DNA of 40,645 nt from an uncultured bacterium (GTDB taxonomy: Bacteria > B130-G9), in assembly GCA_965372715.1 (NCBI GenBank), contig CBDVDH010000035.1, positions 1 through 40,645 on the forward strand, read 5' to 3'. Made by a program: the position numbers and the translations under genes. The notes beneath the pieces are model-generated. The model was not told the origin of the DNA, searched no databases, and was given only the letters and a program-made list of their open reading frames with translations. Shown in pieces: positions 8,772 to 16,934 of the stretch; the stretch's first letter is position 1; the number at the start of each line of letters is the position of its first letter.

Positions 8772-9161
8772 ATGTCGAAAGAGATAGCAAAACTTGAGCA
8801 GTATGTCGTGACGGACGACCGCGTTTGCGGGGGCAAACCCAGGGTTGCTGGAACTCGCATCAAAGTCCAGCAGATCGTCCTGGAGTATGAGCAACTCAAT
8901 ATGACGCCGGATGAGATTTGTGACGCTCATCCTCGCCTGACGCTCGCCGCGGTGCATTCCGCAATCGCCTATTATTACGACCATCAGAATGAGATTCTTC
9001 AGGCAATCCGGGACGACGAGACATTCGCCGAGTCTTTCACAGAAAGGAATTCAGAGCGAAATGGCGAAAGAAATCATCTTCCAGGTCCAGGAATCCCCGG
9101 AAGGCGGATACGAGGCGTGGGCGCTAGGTCATTCCATCTTCACCGAGGCCGACACGGGTGA
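8772..9161 (+). CDS. DUF433 domain antitoxin-like protein with read-through C-terminal tail
   Basis: VCGGKPRVAGTRIKV...HPRLTLAAVHSAIAYY; the last ~33 codons overlap the next gene out of frame. Confidence 0.85.
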   Translation: MSKEIAKLEQYVVTDDRVCGGKPRVAGTRIKVQQIVLEYEQLNMTPDEICDAHPRLTLAAVHSAIAYYYDHQNEILQAIRDDETFAESFTERNSERNGERNHLPGPGIPGRRIRGVGARSFHLHRGRHG

Positions 9162-9270
9162 AGAGCTGAGAAAGGCTGTAGCCGAGGCGGTCCGCTGCCA
9201 TTTTAATGAGCACAAGGTGCCGAGCGTGATCCGATTGCATTTCGTTGCCGAGGAAGTCCTAGTTCCATGA
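9061..9270 (+). CDS. HicB-like small antitoxin (69 aa)
   Basis: MAKEIIFQVQESPEGGYEAWALGHSIFTEADT..EL...EAVRCHF; start 9061 preferred over 8989. Confidence 0.75.
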   Translation: MAKEIIFQVQESPEGGYEAWALGHSIFTEADTGEELRKAVAEAVRCHFNEHKVPSVIRLHFVAEEVLVP

Positions 9271-9293
9271 AATTGCCCGATAAAAGCGCTTGA
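9267..9293 (+). pseudogene. Probable HicA toxin remnant (MKLP then stop)
   Basis: ATGA overlap with the HicB-like stop; reads MKLPDKSA*; MKLP is a common HicA start. Confidence 0.45.
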
Positions 9294-9318
9294 CAAGAAA
9301 TATGTTAGGATGTAGTGT
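9290..9318 (+). promoter_or_regulatory. sigma70 promoter P1 of the island
   Basis: TTGACA-17-TAGTGT with A-rich upstream sequence. Confidence 0.7.
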
Positions 9319-9323
9319 CCCAT

Positions 9324-9492
9324 CTGTTAAAAGGAGAATACGATCAGGGAGTCGGAAACGATGGTAGGGGTCAGGTCGGACCTGCAGCCTATCATCCTTC
9401 CGTTTTGCGGATAGTTCGTCCGCGAAGACCTTTCAGATCGCGTAGTATCGTACTTGTAGTGGGCAGACCTATGTGTTTGTCTGGAATAGATG
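9324..9492 (+). ncRNA. Candidate structured non-coding or leader RNA (unknown family)
   Basis: Three-way junction found by hand: 9353-9376 with 9380-9402, 9404-9412 with 9418-9426, closing 9341-9353 with 9427-9440; starts right after P1. Confidence 0.45.
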
Positions 9493-9513
9493 TGGCGCCA
9501 TGGCAAAAAGCAC

Positions 9514-9570
9514 TTGAATCCTTATTGTCTTCTGTATATTGTTTGCGGCGTGCATTAGATACTATATCTA
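9514..9570 (+). promoter_or_regulatory. Second promoter P2 plus palindromic operator-like site
   Basis: TTGAAT-17-TATTGT (9514-9542); TAGATA-N3-TATCTA at 9556-9570. Confidence 0.5.
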
Positions 9571-9660
9571 GAGGTTGCTGTTTGTGGGGCTTGGCTTGTT
9601 ATCCGCGATCCAGCTAAAGTGGTGCCGTTGGATAGTCCGATAATGTTCGTAAGAGCTATG

Positions 9661-9687
9661 AAGCACACTCCTATGTGTGTTTTTTTT
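9661..9687 (+). terminator. Intrinsic terminator-like hairpin just upstream of the 9708 RBS
   Basis: AAGCACAC-TCCTAT-GTGTGTTT followed by a T run (8 T, 9680-9687). Confidence 0.55.
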
Positions 9688-9707
9688 GATTAGGGAGAGG
9701 CATCGGT

Positions 9708-10364
9708 GTGATTGGCGTCAGAGTCGAGACACAGCTGTTCTATATACGGATTGAGGGTGAGTTCAACCCAGCGACCCTAAATCATGACTTCCTTCTGAAG
9801 ATAGGAGCCATTCCAGATGATGCTGAGGTGCCAGAACCCACAGTCATTCCGGTTATGGCCTCACTGGATTACAAGGGAAGAGGGCTTAAGATAGTCGCGG
9901 ATCTAGACCAATTCATGGTGTGGCATAAGGCAGATGTTCCCGAGCCCAAGCAGGCAATCAGCCTGGCTAAGTCTTACTTGAAGACTCTTGAGCATACGCC
10001 TGTGAAAAGTGTTTCGTTTAATTTTCATGGCCAGGCTCTGTTTCCGACAGTGGAGGGGGTTGCCAGTTTCGAGGCTTGGCTGTTGAGAGATAAGACGGCG
10101 CTAATGTCAAATCTTCATACAGATAGACTCCGTGTCACGGTCCAACTAAGCTATGATTTTGATGACTTTGAGGCAACTGCGAGACTGGGCCCCATAGATG
10201 TCAAGGAGGCTTCCCTACGTTTCTTGCTGTGCTACGAGAAGAAGATTTCAGATGCACGGGGCATCGTTTCGTTGCTTGGGGACGAAAGCCGCATTTCAAG
10301 AATAATGGAGGCCTCGGTTCTGCACCTTCGGGGTTTTTGCGTGGGAGGTATCATCAATGCGTAG
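9708..10364 (+). CDS. Hypothetical protein (N-terminal GEFNPATL motif; possibly TIGR04255-like)
   Basis: GGGAGAGG RBS, GTG start, 218 aa, overlaps the next gene. Confidence 0.75.
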   Translation: MIGVRVETQLFYIRIEGEFNPATLNHDFLLKIGAIPDDAEVPEPTVIPVMASLDYKGRGLKIVADLDQFMVWHKADVPEPKQAISLAKSYLKTLEHTPVKSVSFNFHGQALFPTVEGVASFEAWLLRDKTALMSNLHTDRLRVTVQLSYDFDDFEATARLGPIDVKEASLRFLLCYEKKISDARGIVSLLGDESRISRIMEASVLHLRGFCVGGIINA

Positions 10365-10992
10365 AGAAAGGCTATCTCACCAGTCTGAAATAGACTCGGT
10401 GATGTTGTTTCCCCGGGATACCGATCTTTCGGAAAAATCAGTGACGGAAACTTACGAATGCCATGAGGAAGGCGGGCGCTATTCGACAGCACTTGAGAAA
10501 TTCATCCAGGCATTAAACGGCAATTTCGCACGAAATGCTTTGTCGCGCTCTGAGTGCGCATCTGAGATATCCGATGTGTTTAATGGCTTACGCGAAAGGG
10601 CTGCTCGCGAGCGCTTTTCCGATGCCGATGTGCAAATGCGTTGCTTGGATGGGTTCTGGCTCCAAGAGGCTGAATTGGACGCCGCGCCTAGGCTAGATCC
10701 CCAACTCACGGCGGGAGCGCTCCAGGAGGGTGCCTGGGCCGACTTAGACCTGGGTTATCTCGCGGACGATGAAAACGTGAAGGCGTTCCTCGCGGAACTG
10801 CCAAGTCTTCTTGCGGAGGGGCACAGGTCCAAATTCGCCGCTTTTGCCCGTGGCAAGTTGGTGGGGATCGACGCGGATTTCGAGCCCCTCCGGAAAAGAG
10901 TCGAACGTTCACATCCTGACGATTCGATCCTGATCCAGCAGATCGACACTTGCCCGCCTCAAGTGCAGCTCTCTAGCCCCAAATTGCTGTAG
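10357..10992 (+). CDS. Hypothetical protein with C-terminal DUF5678-like domain
   Basis: C-terminal ENVKAFLAELPSLL..HRSKFAAFARGKLVGIDAD...ILIQQI pattern; GGAGG RBS. Confidence 0.7.
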   Translation: MRRERLSHQSEIDSVMLFPRDTDLSEKSVTETYECHEEGGRYSTALEKFIQALNGNFARNALSRSECASEISDVFNGLRERAARERFSDADVQMRCLDGFWLQEAELDAAPRLDPQLTAGALQEGAWADLDLGYLADDENVKAFLAELPSLLAEGHRSKFAAFARGKLVGIDADFEPLRKRVERSHPDDSILIQQIDTCPPQVQLSSPKLL

Positions 10993-11006
10993 GTTGGCTC
11001 GGCCGC

Positions 11007-11399
11007 ATGGCATGGAAGTACGACAAAAGCCAAGTTCCCGCCCCTATCGCAGATGTGGTTGTCACCAATCCTCGAACCAGTCAGCAGCTCAGCGTCGAGG
11101 GCTGCCTTGTTGACACGGGCTCAGCTGCCTGCTGGCTCAGGAAGAGCGACATAGATGGACTTGGACAAACCACAAATCACATGAGGTCCGCCTCGGTACC
11201 CGGCGTGCCTAAGAAGGGTTGCGGTATGCATCTTCTGGCTCTGCAGGTCTGGGGACGAACATTCGAGGAAGTCTGGGTGATGGCGCTCCCACCTGACAGC
11301 GCAATCGGTCCCGTGCTGGGCAGAGATGTCATCAACAAGTTAGATCTAACGCTAAAGGGCCCTGATCAAGGTTACGAAGTGGCAGACAGAACCGATTAG
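11007..11399 (+). CDS. Retropepsin-like (clan AA) aspartyl protease
   Basis: LVDTGS catalytic motif and VLGRD motif in a 130-aa single domain. Confidence 0.85.
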   Translation: MAWKYDKSQVPAPIADVVVTNPRTSQQLSVEGCLVDTGSAACWLRKSDIDGLGQTTNHMRSASVPGVPKKGCGMHLLALQVWGRTFEEVWVMALPPDSAIGPVLGRDVINKLDLTLKGPDQGYEVADRTD

Positions 11400-11407
11400 C
11401 CCATTTC

Positions 11408-11608
11408 CTAAACTTGACCTAGCGCCCTTAAGTGCAAGAGTATCCATTCCTCGAGAACTTCTTCCAACTGGTTGCGGCAGGCCCCGAGTGTCTTTGCGTT
11501 GGCCCAGACGCCTTTGAAGCCCGGGACCTCGCCGAACAGCGTGCTATCGTCGGAAAGTATCTCGTAATGGGCTTTCCCCATTGCCGCCTGGATGTCATCC
11601 CTCAACAT
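11408..11608 (-). CDS. HicB family antitoxin-like protein, probably 3'-truncated
   Basis: AMGKAHYEIL.DD..FGEVPGFKGVWANAKTL.ACR.QLEEVLEEWILL; no partner HicA visible. Confidence 0.75.
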   Translation of the reverse strand: MLRDDIQAAMGKAHYEILSDDSTLFGEVPGFKGVWANAKTLGACRNQLEEVLEEWILLHLRALGQV

Positions 11609-11673
11609 TTCAGCGTCCGGAGACGGTCATTGATTCCAAGCGTTGCCAAAATCTGCGGGCAGGATGCCTCGAC

Positions 11674-12723
11674 TTACTCCTGCGTCTTGGTGGCCTCGGC
11701 CTCCTTCGGCGGCGACATCTGCGGCAGCTTCAGCTCTTTGCGGAGCGCGTTCTCGATCTCGAGGGCGGCGCTGGGATTCTCCTTCAGGAACTTGCGGGTG
11801 TTCTCACGGCCCTGGCCGATGCGCTGGTCGTTGTATGAGAACCATGTGCCGCTTTTCTGGATGATGCCGCAGTCAAGGCCCATGTCGATGATCGTCCCTT
11901 CGCGGGATATGCCCTGGCCGAAAATGATGTCGAACTCGACCTGCTTAAACGGCGGCGCGAGCTTGTTCTTGACTACCTTGACGCGGGTCCTGTTGCCGAC
12001 CACTTCGCCGCCGCCGGCCTTGAGCGCTGCTATCCTTCTGATGTCGAGCCTGACCGACGAGTAGAACTTGAGCGCATTGCCGCCGCTCGTCGTCTCGGGG
12101 TTGCCGAACATGACGCCGATCTTGTGCCTAACTTGATTCACGAAGACCACGCACGTCTTGGATTTGCTGATGGCCCCCGTCAGCTTGCGAAGCGCCTGAG
12201 ACATCAGCCTCGCCTGAAGGCCCATCTGCGGCTCGCCCATCTCGCCCTCGATCTCGGCGCGGGGCACGAGCGCCGCAACCGAATCGATAATAATCAGATC
12301 GACGGCCGACGAGCGGACGAGCGCATCGACGATCTCGAGCGCCTGCTCGCCAGTGTCGGGCTGGGACACGTAAAGCGAGTCCATATCGACCCCAAGCGCC
12401 TGGGCATAAATCGGGTCGAGCGCGTGCTCAACGTCAATGAACGTGGCGATGCCAGCACGCTTCTGCGCCTCAGCCGCAATCGAAAGCGCCAGCGTCGTCT
12501 TGCCGGACGCCTCAGGGCCGTATATCTCAACGACGCGCCCGCGAGGCACGCCGCCGATGCCGAGCGCGACGTCGAGCGCCAGCGACCCCGTCGGAATCAC
12601 CTCAATGTCCATGAGCGCTCCCTTGTCGCCGAGGCGTATGATCGAGCCTTTGCCGTAGGATTTCTCTATTTGTGTTATCGCGCTCCTAAGTCTCTCTTCT
12701 CTGTTTACGTCTCTTGTTGCCAT
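11674..12723 (-). CDS. recA: Recombinase A
   Basis: [45 protein letters not shown]. Confidence 0.99.
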   Translation of the reverse strand: MATRDVNREERLRSAITQIEKSYGKGSIIRLGDKGALMDIEVIPTGSLALDVALGIGGVPRGRVVEIYGPEASGKTTLALSIAAEAQKRAGIATFIDVEHALDPIYAQALGVDMDSLYVSQPDTGEQALEIVDALVRSSAVDLIIIDSVAALVPRAEIEGEMGEPQMGLQARLMSQALRKLTGAISKSKTCVVFVNQVRHKIGVMFGNPETTSGGNALKFYSSVRLDIRRIAALKAGGGEVVGNRTRVKVVKNKLAPPFKQVEFDIIFGQGISREGTIIDMGLDCGIIQKSGTWFSYNDQRIGQGRENTRKFLKENPSAALEIENALRKELKLPQMSPPKEAEATKTQE

Positions 12724-12739
12724 CCTATTTCCTTCCTAT

Positions 12740-13804
12740 TCAAATAAGCCCCACTTCGCTGTTATCGCCCAGCACAAAGCGCAGCGCCTTGGGCTTTGCG
12801 TCGCTTTTGCCGATCAGCACGTTGCGTCCGATGAGGCTGTCTTCGATCCTGAAGCCGATGTTCTGGAGCCGGCAGTTTGCAAGGATTACGCTGTGCTCGA
12901 TCTCCGACCCGATGATCTCCGTATCATGATTGATCGACGTAAATGAGCCAATGTAAGAATCGATGATCTTGGTGTTCTTGCCTATGATGGCTGGGCCCCT
13001 AACCACGCTGTTTCGAATCTCGCAGCCCTGCTCAAGCACGACCTTGCCTACGATCTCGGACCCCGAATCGACCAAGCCGTCCGACCTGGGCGTGAATGAG
13101 TCCAGAACGAGCCTGTTCGCCTCGAGCAGGTCCTCGACGTTGCCGGTGTCCTTCCACCAGCCGGTTATCGTGTGGGGATTGACGGTGTAGCCCTTGTCTA
13201 TCAGGTATTGAATCGCGTCGGTTATCTCGAGCTCGTTGCGGAACGACGGCTTGATGCTCCTGGCCGCCTCGAAGATGTTGCTGTCGAAAAGATACACGCC
13301 AACGAGCGCAAGATCGCTCTTTGGTTCTTTGGGCTTCTCCACGAGCTTGACCACTCTGCCGTTCTCGAGCTCCGCTACGCCAAAATGCGACGGGTTTTTG
13401 ACGTGCTCGAGCAGAATCTGCGCGTTCGGCGCGTTCCTTTCGAATTCCTCCACGAAGCGGGCGACGCCCTCGACGATGAGGTTATCGCCGAGATACATGA
13501 TGAACCTGTCGTCGCCCAGGAACGCCTCGGCGGTTAGGACTGCGTGCGCCAGCCCAAGTGGGTTCGGCTGGTCGATGAACGTGAAGTTCGCGCCAAACCG
13601 CGAGCCGTCGCCACAGGCCGCGACAATCTCGTTCTTGGTCTCGCCGACGATTATCCCGATGTCGGTTATTCCCGCCGCAACGATCGCCTCGATCCCATAA
13701 AACAGGATCGGCTTGTTGGCAACGGGGATCAGCTGCTTGGCGTTGGTGTATGTTATCGGCCTCAGCCTCGTCCCTTTCCCGCCGCTGAGTATTAGGCCCT
13801 TCAT
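12740..13804 (-). CDS. rfbA: Glucose-1-phosphate thymidylyltransferase, long form
   Basis: GGKGTRLRPIT...KQLIPVANKP, WWKDTG, C-terminal left-handed beta-helix. Confidence 0.93.
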   Translation of the reverse strand: MKGLILSGGKGTRLRPITYTNAKQLIPVANKPILFYGIEAIVAAGITDIGIIVGETKNEIVAACGDGSRFGANFTFIDQPNPLGLAHAVLTAEAFLGDDRFIMYLGDNLIVEGVARFVEEFERNAPNAQILLEHVKNPSHFGVAELENGRVVKLVEKPKEPKSDLALVGVYLFDSNIFEAARSIKPSFRNELEITDAIQYLIDKGYTVNPHTITGWWKDTGNVEDLLEANRLVLDSFTPRSDGLVDSGSEIVGKVVLEQGCEIRNSVVRGPAIIGKNTKIIDSYIGSFTSINHDTEIIGSEIEHSVILANCRLQNIGFRIEDSLIGRNVLIGKSDAKPKALRFVLGDNSEVGLI

Positions 13805-13903
13805 CTGCTCTGTCTTTCCGATTGCCGTTGGTTCACGTTAATTCCGCCGCAGTGTTACCGTGGCGATTATCCTAAGGTATTCGGTTATAGAAAGCCACCT
13901 CCG

Positions 13904-14064
13904 CTTCGTGGTTCTTAGTGTCCTTCGTGGATTCCCGATTCTATTAGATGAGTGATCCACGAAGAGCACGAAGCCACACGAAGATGTTCCTGGCTCTTGC
14001 CGGCGTGCCCAATTCGTGTTCATTGGCGTTCATTCGTGGTTCCCTCTGCGCTTCGTGGTTCATT
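13904..14064. repeat. Cluster of short CACGAA(G/T)-core repeats in inverted arrangement
   Basis: 13904-13931 is an imperfect inverted copy of 13956-13983; (T/C)TTCGTG/TTCATT units at 14011-14064. Confidence 0.65.
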
Positions 14065-14068
14065 GTCA

Positions 14069-16645
14069 CTACAGAAACGGGAGCTTGCTGCTGCCGACGT
14101 TCTTGAGCGTTATTGAGAGCGAGAATTGGGTATCCTGACGTGTTTCTTTCTCCCACTTCCCATCGACAGTTCCCCATTGGAATTGGGTCTCGTGGCCAGC
14201 GAAAAACGTGAGGGACCAGCACTGCGAGTGATAGACCACAGTGTAGTTGTTTTGGTTGAACATTTCTTCAGCGATGTTGTATTTGACGGTTGTATAAAAC
14301 TCCCATTTCGGATGAGGCGCGCAGCCCAGCTCCGCGGTCAGGTAGCGAGTATCGGCATAGCTGCTATCGTCGCTGGTGGTGTCAGTCTGCGGGCGGAAGA
14401 AGTCAATTGAGCGGAATCGGAGCTCCGCCCGCCAGCTTTCCTTTCTGTATTTGGCGGCGAGTGTGTAGTTAGAGATGCGGTTCTTGTGGGGATTGTAGCT
14501 GAGCTGCGCGTCAGCGTCGAACGTCGCGGTAGGGCGCGCGGTCGCAGACGCTATAACGTCAGAGAATGGGCTGTAATCCGACCTCCACGGACTGTAAACA
14601 TCTTTCTTGAGATATCCCGCAACCTTGAGGTCATAGCTCTGGCGGAGTGTGATGGTAAGAAGGTCTCGATAGTCAGTTTTGGGCTCACCATCGTCGGTCG
14701 GCTTGATGATCTTGGCTCGCAGACGATTGGTGAGTGAATATGTCATGGCGCTCCTGCCCCACAGGTCGCCGGTTATCATCCCGATGTAGTCTGTGTTATC
14801 GTAGTTGAGCGGATAGTTGTATCCGAGGATATTGACCTGATAGAGCAGAGACTGGTTGACGGCGGGGATGTAGTCGAACCTAACAGCGGGGGTGATCAGG
14901 TGCTCCACCTTGTCTATGTCGCCCCATCCCGAGAATGAGAATATCCGGTGAACCGACGGGCCAGAGCAGCTGAGAGTGCAGTCGTAAATCTCCCTTCGCA
15001 CGTCGTTGCCGTGGCGAACCACCCTCTCGAAGAGGCGCTCCTTGTCGAATATCTTCCCGTCCTTCCGGCCGGTTATCGCCTCGGAGTTATCGGCGATGAA
15101 CGAGTAGGTTTTGACCTTACCCAACCGAACGCCATGGAGCCGCACGTCCAGGTCCGACAGGTCCATCGATGAATCGAGATACCACGTCGTCCTGAAACCC
15201 ACACGCCCGGTTATCGAGAGCCACTGGCCGATGTTTAGCGGGTAGGTTAGCTGCGGATAGAAATCGAACCTGTTGGTCTTCCTCTCTATTGGCACCTGAC
15301 CAATTAAGAAACTGGAGGTCTGGGCGAGGCTGGCGGCCTGTGCCGAGAACTGGAAGAACACGGGCGTGCCCCATATCGGCTGCTTCATGCTGACGAGGTT
15401 GATCTCCGGGAGCTTTTGCAGGATCGTGTCGGTCGGGTCATCTTCGTCCAGGCCCTCGATGTGCAAGACATTCGCCGAGAAGTAATACTGGGACCAGCTC
15501 TTGGTTACTGAGATTTCGGAGACGACCTGCTGTGGCCGGTCCGACAGAAGATACACGTAGTCGTCTCCGAAGTGCTTGTCGCTGACGTAGTTGATGTTGG
15601 CGGTTCCCCTGAATCCCTTGCCGAGGTCCTGGGTGTGTTGGAGGCTGACCTGCCAGCGCTCGGAGGGGTTGTTGACAAAAGATGTCGTGTCGTAGGCTTG
15701 CTTGGCGAGCTTCTCGGACACGTGAAAGGCATAGAAGTTGCCTCCCGCCGTCGGCGACAAGACATACCTGAACTCCAGCGACTGTGCCGACGTCCCCTCG
15801 TCGTAGTATTCGAGCGAGAACGTCGCGTCAGTGTTGTCCGTGATTGCCCAAAAAAATGAGCTCCTGAGGTAATTGCCAAGCCGCGAGCTGCTGCCGAACT
15901 CCGGCATCAGAAGGCCCGTCGTCCTGTCGGGCTTGATGGGGTATATCCAGTAGGGCAGATAGATGACGGGCATTTTCTTGACCCACATCGAGCCGTGCGA
16001 CAAGTAGATGTAGTTATCCACGTGGATCGTCGCCTTCTTCATTTTGAAGGACCAGTCGGGGACCTCCTGTGAGCACGATGTGAACGTCCCCCGGTGAACT
16101 CGGTATTTGTCCAGCTTGAAGCGCTCCAGTTTCTCGGCAGTCAGAAAAAACGACGGCGCCAGGAACGCCTGCGCCGAATAGACCTTCGCGAGTCGCGTTT
16201 TTAGGTTCATCTCGAGCCTATCGCCGACGATCCTGTTCTCCAGGTATTCCAGTATGATGTTGCCGGTTGCGACCGTTTCCATGGTCCGCCTGTTGAACGT
16301 TATCTTATCGGCGCGTAGCCTGATCTCGCCAAACCGGATATCGACGGCGCCCTCCAGCGTCGCTATCCCGGTCTTGGCGTCGTAATGCTGCCTGATTGCA
16401 TACACCTCGACCGTGTCTTCTTTCTCGGCCATCTTCAGGAACTCGTCCTGCATCTTCTCAGCCCTTGTGAAGAGCTTCGTCTGCGCGCTCGCAGGGTGAA
16501 TGATGAGAACGAATGAGAGGAAGGTCAGACACACAAGCAGGATGCGCCGCGCGGGGCGGGGGAGCTGCGGGTGCGACCTTTGATAGTGGGTAGAGCTCTG
16601 GTCATCACGACCGCGTTTCAACGCGGTCATATAGAAGGCTCTCAT
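14069..16645 (-). CDS. lptD: LPS-assembly protein LptD-like outer-membrane protein (start uncertain)
   Basis: Signal-like segment, OstA-like N-domain (RLRADKI, FTSC..PDW), RTTGLLMPEFG, C-terminal beta-barrel with SQCW. Confidence 0.85.
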   Translation of the reverse strand: MRAFYMTALKRGRDDQSSTHYQRSHPQLPRPARRILLVCLTFLSFVLIIHPASAQTKLFTRAEKMQDEFLKMAEKEDTVEVYAIRQHYDAKTGIATLEGAVDIRFGEIRLRADKITFNRRTMETVATGNIILEYLENRIVGDRLEMNLKTRLAKVYSAQAFLAPSFFLTAEKLERFKLDKYRVHRGTFTSCSQEVPDWSFKMKKATIHVDNYIYLSHGSMWVKKMPVIYLPYWIYPIKPDRTTGLLMPEFGSSSRLGNYLRSSFFWAITDNTDATFSLEYYDEGTSAQSLEFRYVLSPTAGGNFYAFHVSEKLAKQAYDTTSFVNNPSERWQVSLQHTQDLGKGFRGTANINYVSDKHFGDDYVYLLSDRPQQVVSEISVTKSWSQYYFSANVLHIEGLDEDDPTDTILQKLPEINLVSMKQPIWGTPVFFQFSAQAASLAQTSSFLIGQVPIERKTNRFDFYPQLTYPLNIGQWLSITGRVGFRTTWYLDSSMDLSDLDVRLHGVRLGKVKTYSFIADNSEAITGRKDGKIFDKERLFERVVRHGNDVRREIYDCTLSCSGPSVHRIFSFSGWGDIDKVEHLITPAVRFDYIPAVNQSLLYQVNILGYNYPLNYDNTDYIGMITGDLWGRSAMTYSLTNRLRAKIIKPTDDGEPKTDYRDLLTITLRQSYDLKVAGYLKKDVYSPWRSDYSPFSDVIASATARPTATFDADAQLSYNPHKNRISNYTLAAKYRKESWRAELRFRSIDFFRPQTDTTSDDSSYADTRYLTAELGCAPHPKWEFYTTVKYNIAEEMFNQNNYTVVYHSQCWSLTFFAGHETQFQWGTVDGKWEKETRQDTQFSLSITLKNVGSSKLPFL

Positions 16646-16824
16646 TGTCCTAACACCCGACTTCGAGTCGGGTGTTCTGGAAGCCGAGTCGCAACCCTAC
16701 TCCTCCCCGAGATCTTGATCTGAGGAGGATGGAGAGAAGGGTGTCGAGTTCTGGGGTCTCCCGATTGAAATCGGGAGTTAACACAATGATAGCCAATCTG
16801 TCGCCTCGGCTGAAGCCGGGCGAC
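16609..16824. repeat. Four-hairpin palindromic element, copy 1
   Basis: Hairpins at 16609-16628, 16652-16676, 16758-16777, 16800-16824; homologous to 23944-24166. Confidence 0.85.
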
Positions 16825-16934
16825 CTGAACGCACCTCGGCCGGCTAGGCAATGATGCGGCCAAGTTACCTACAATCCAGGGACGCTCCCAGAGCAACTTG
16901 CGATTGAATCCGCTGGAGGTCCTAGGCTGGCAAT

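Noticed and set aside
9367-9389. GGTCAGGTCGGACCTGCAGCC resembling SRP RNA domain IV
   Set aside because: It lacks the GNRA tetraloop and the AGCAG internal-loop geometry of SRP RNA.
9321-9492. 6S RNA, tmRNA or retron msr-msd interpretation of the leader
   Set aside because: No symmetric central bubble, no tRNA-like ends or tag frame, and no reverse transcriptase nearby.
9315-9617. 100-aa ORF across the leader
   Set aside because: It starts inside the -10 box, has no RBS, and has no recognisable protein features.
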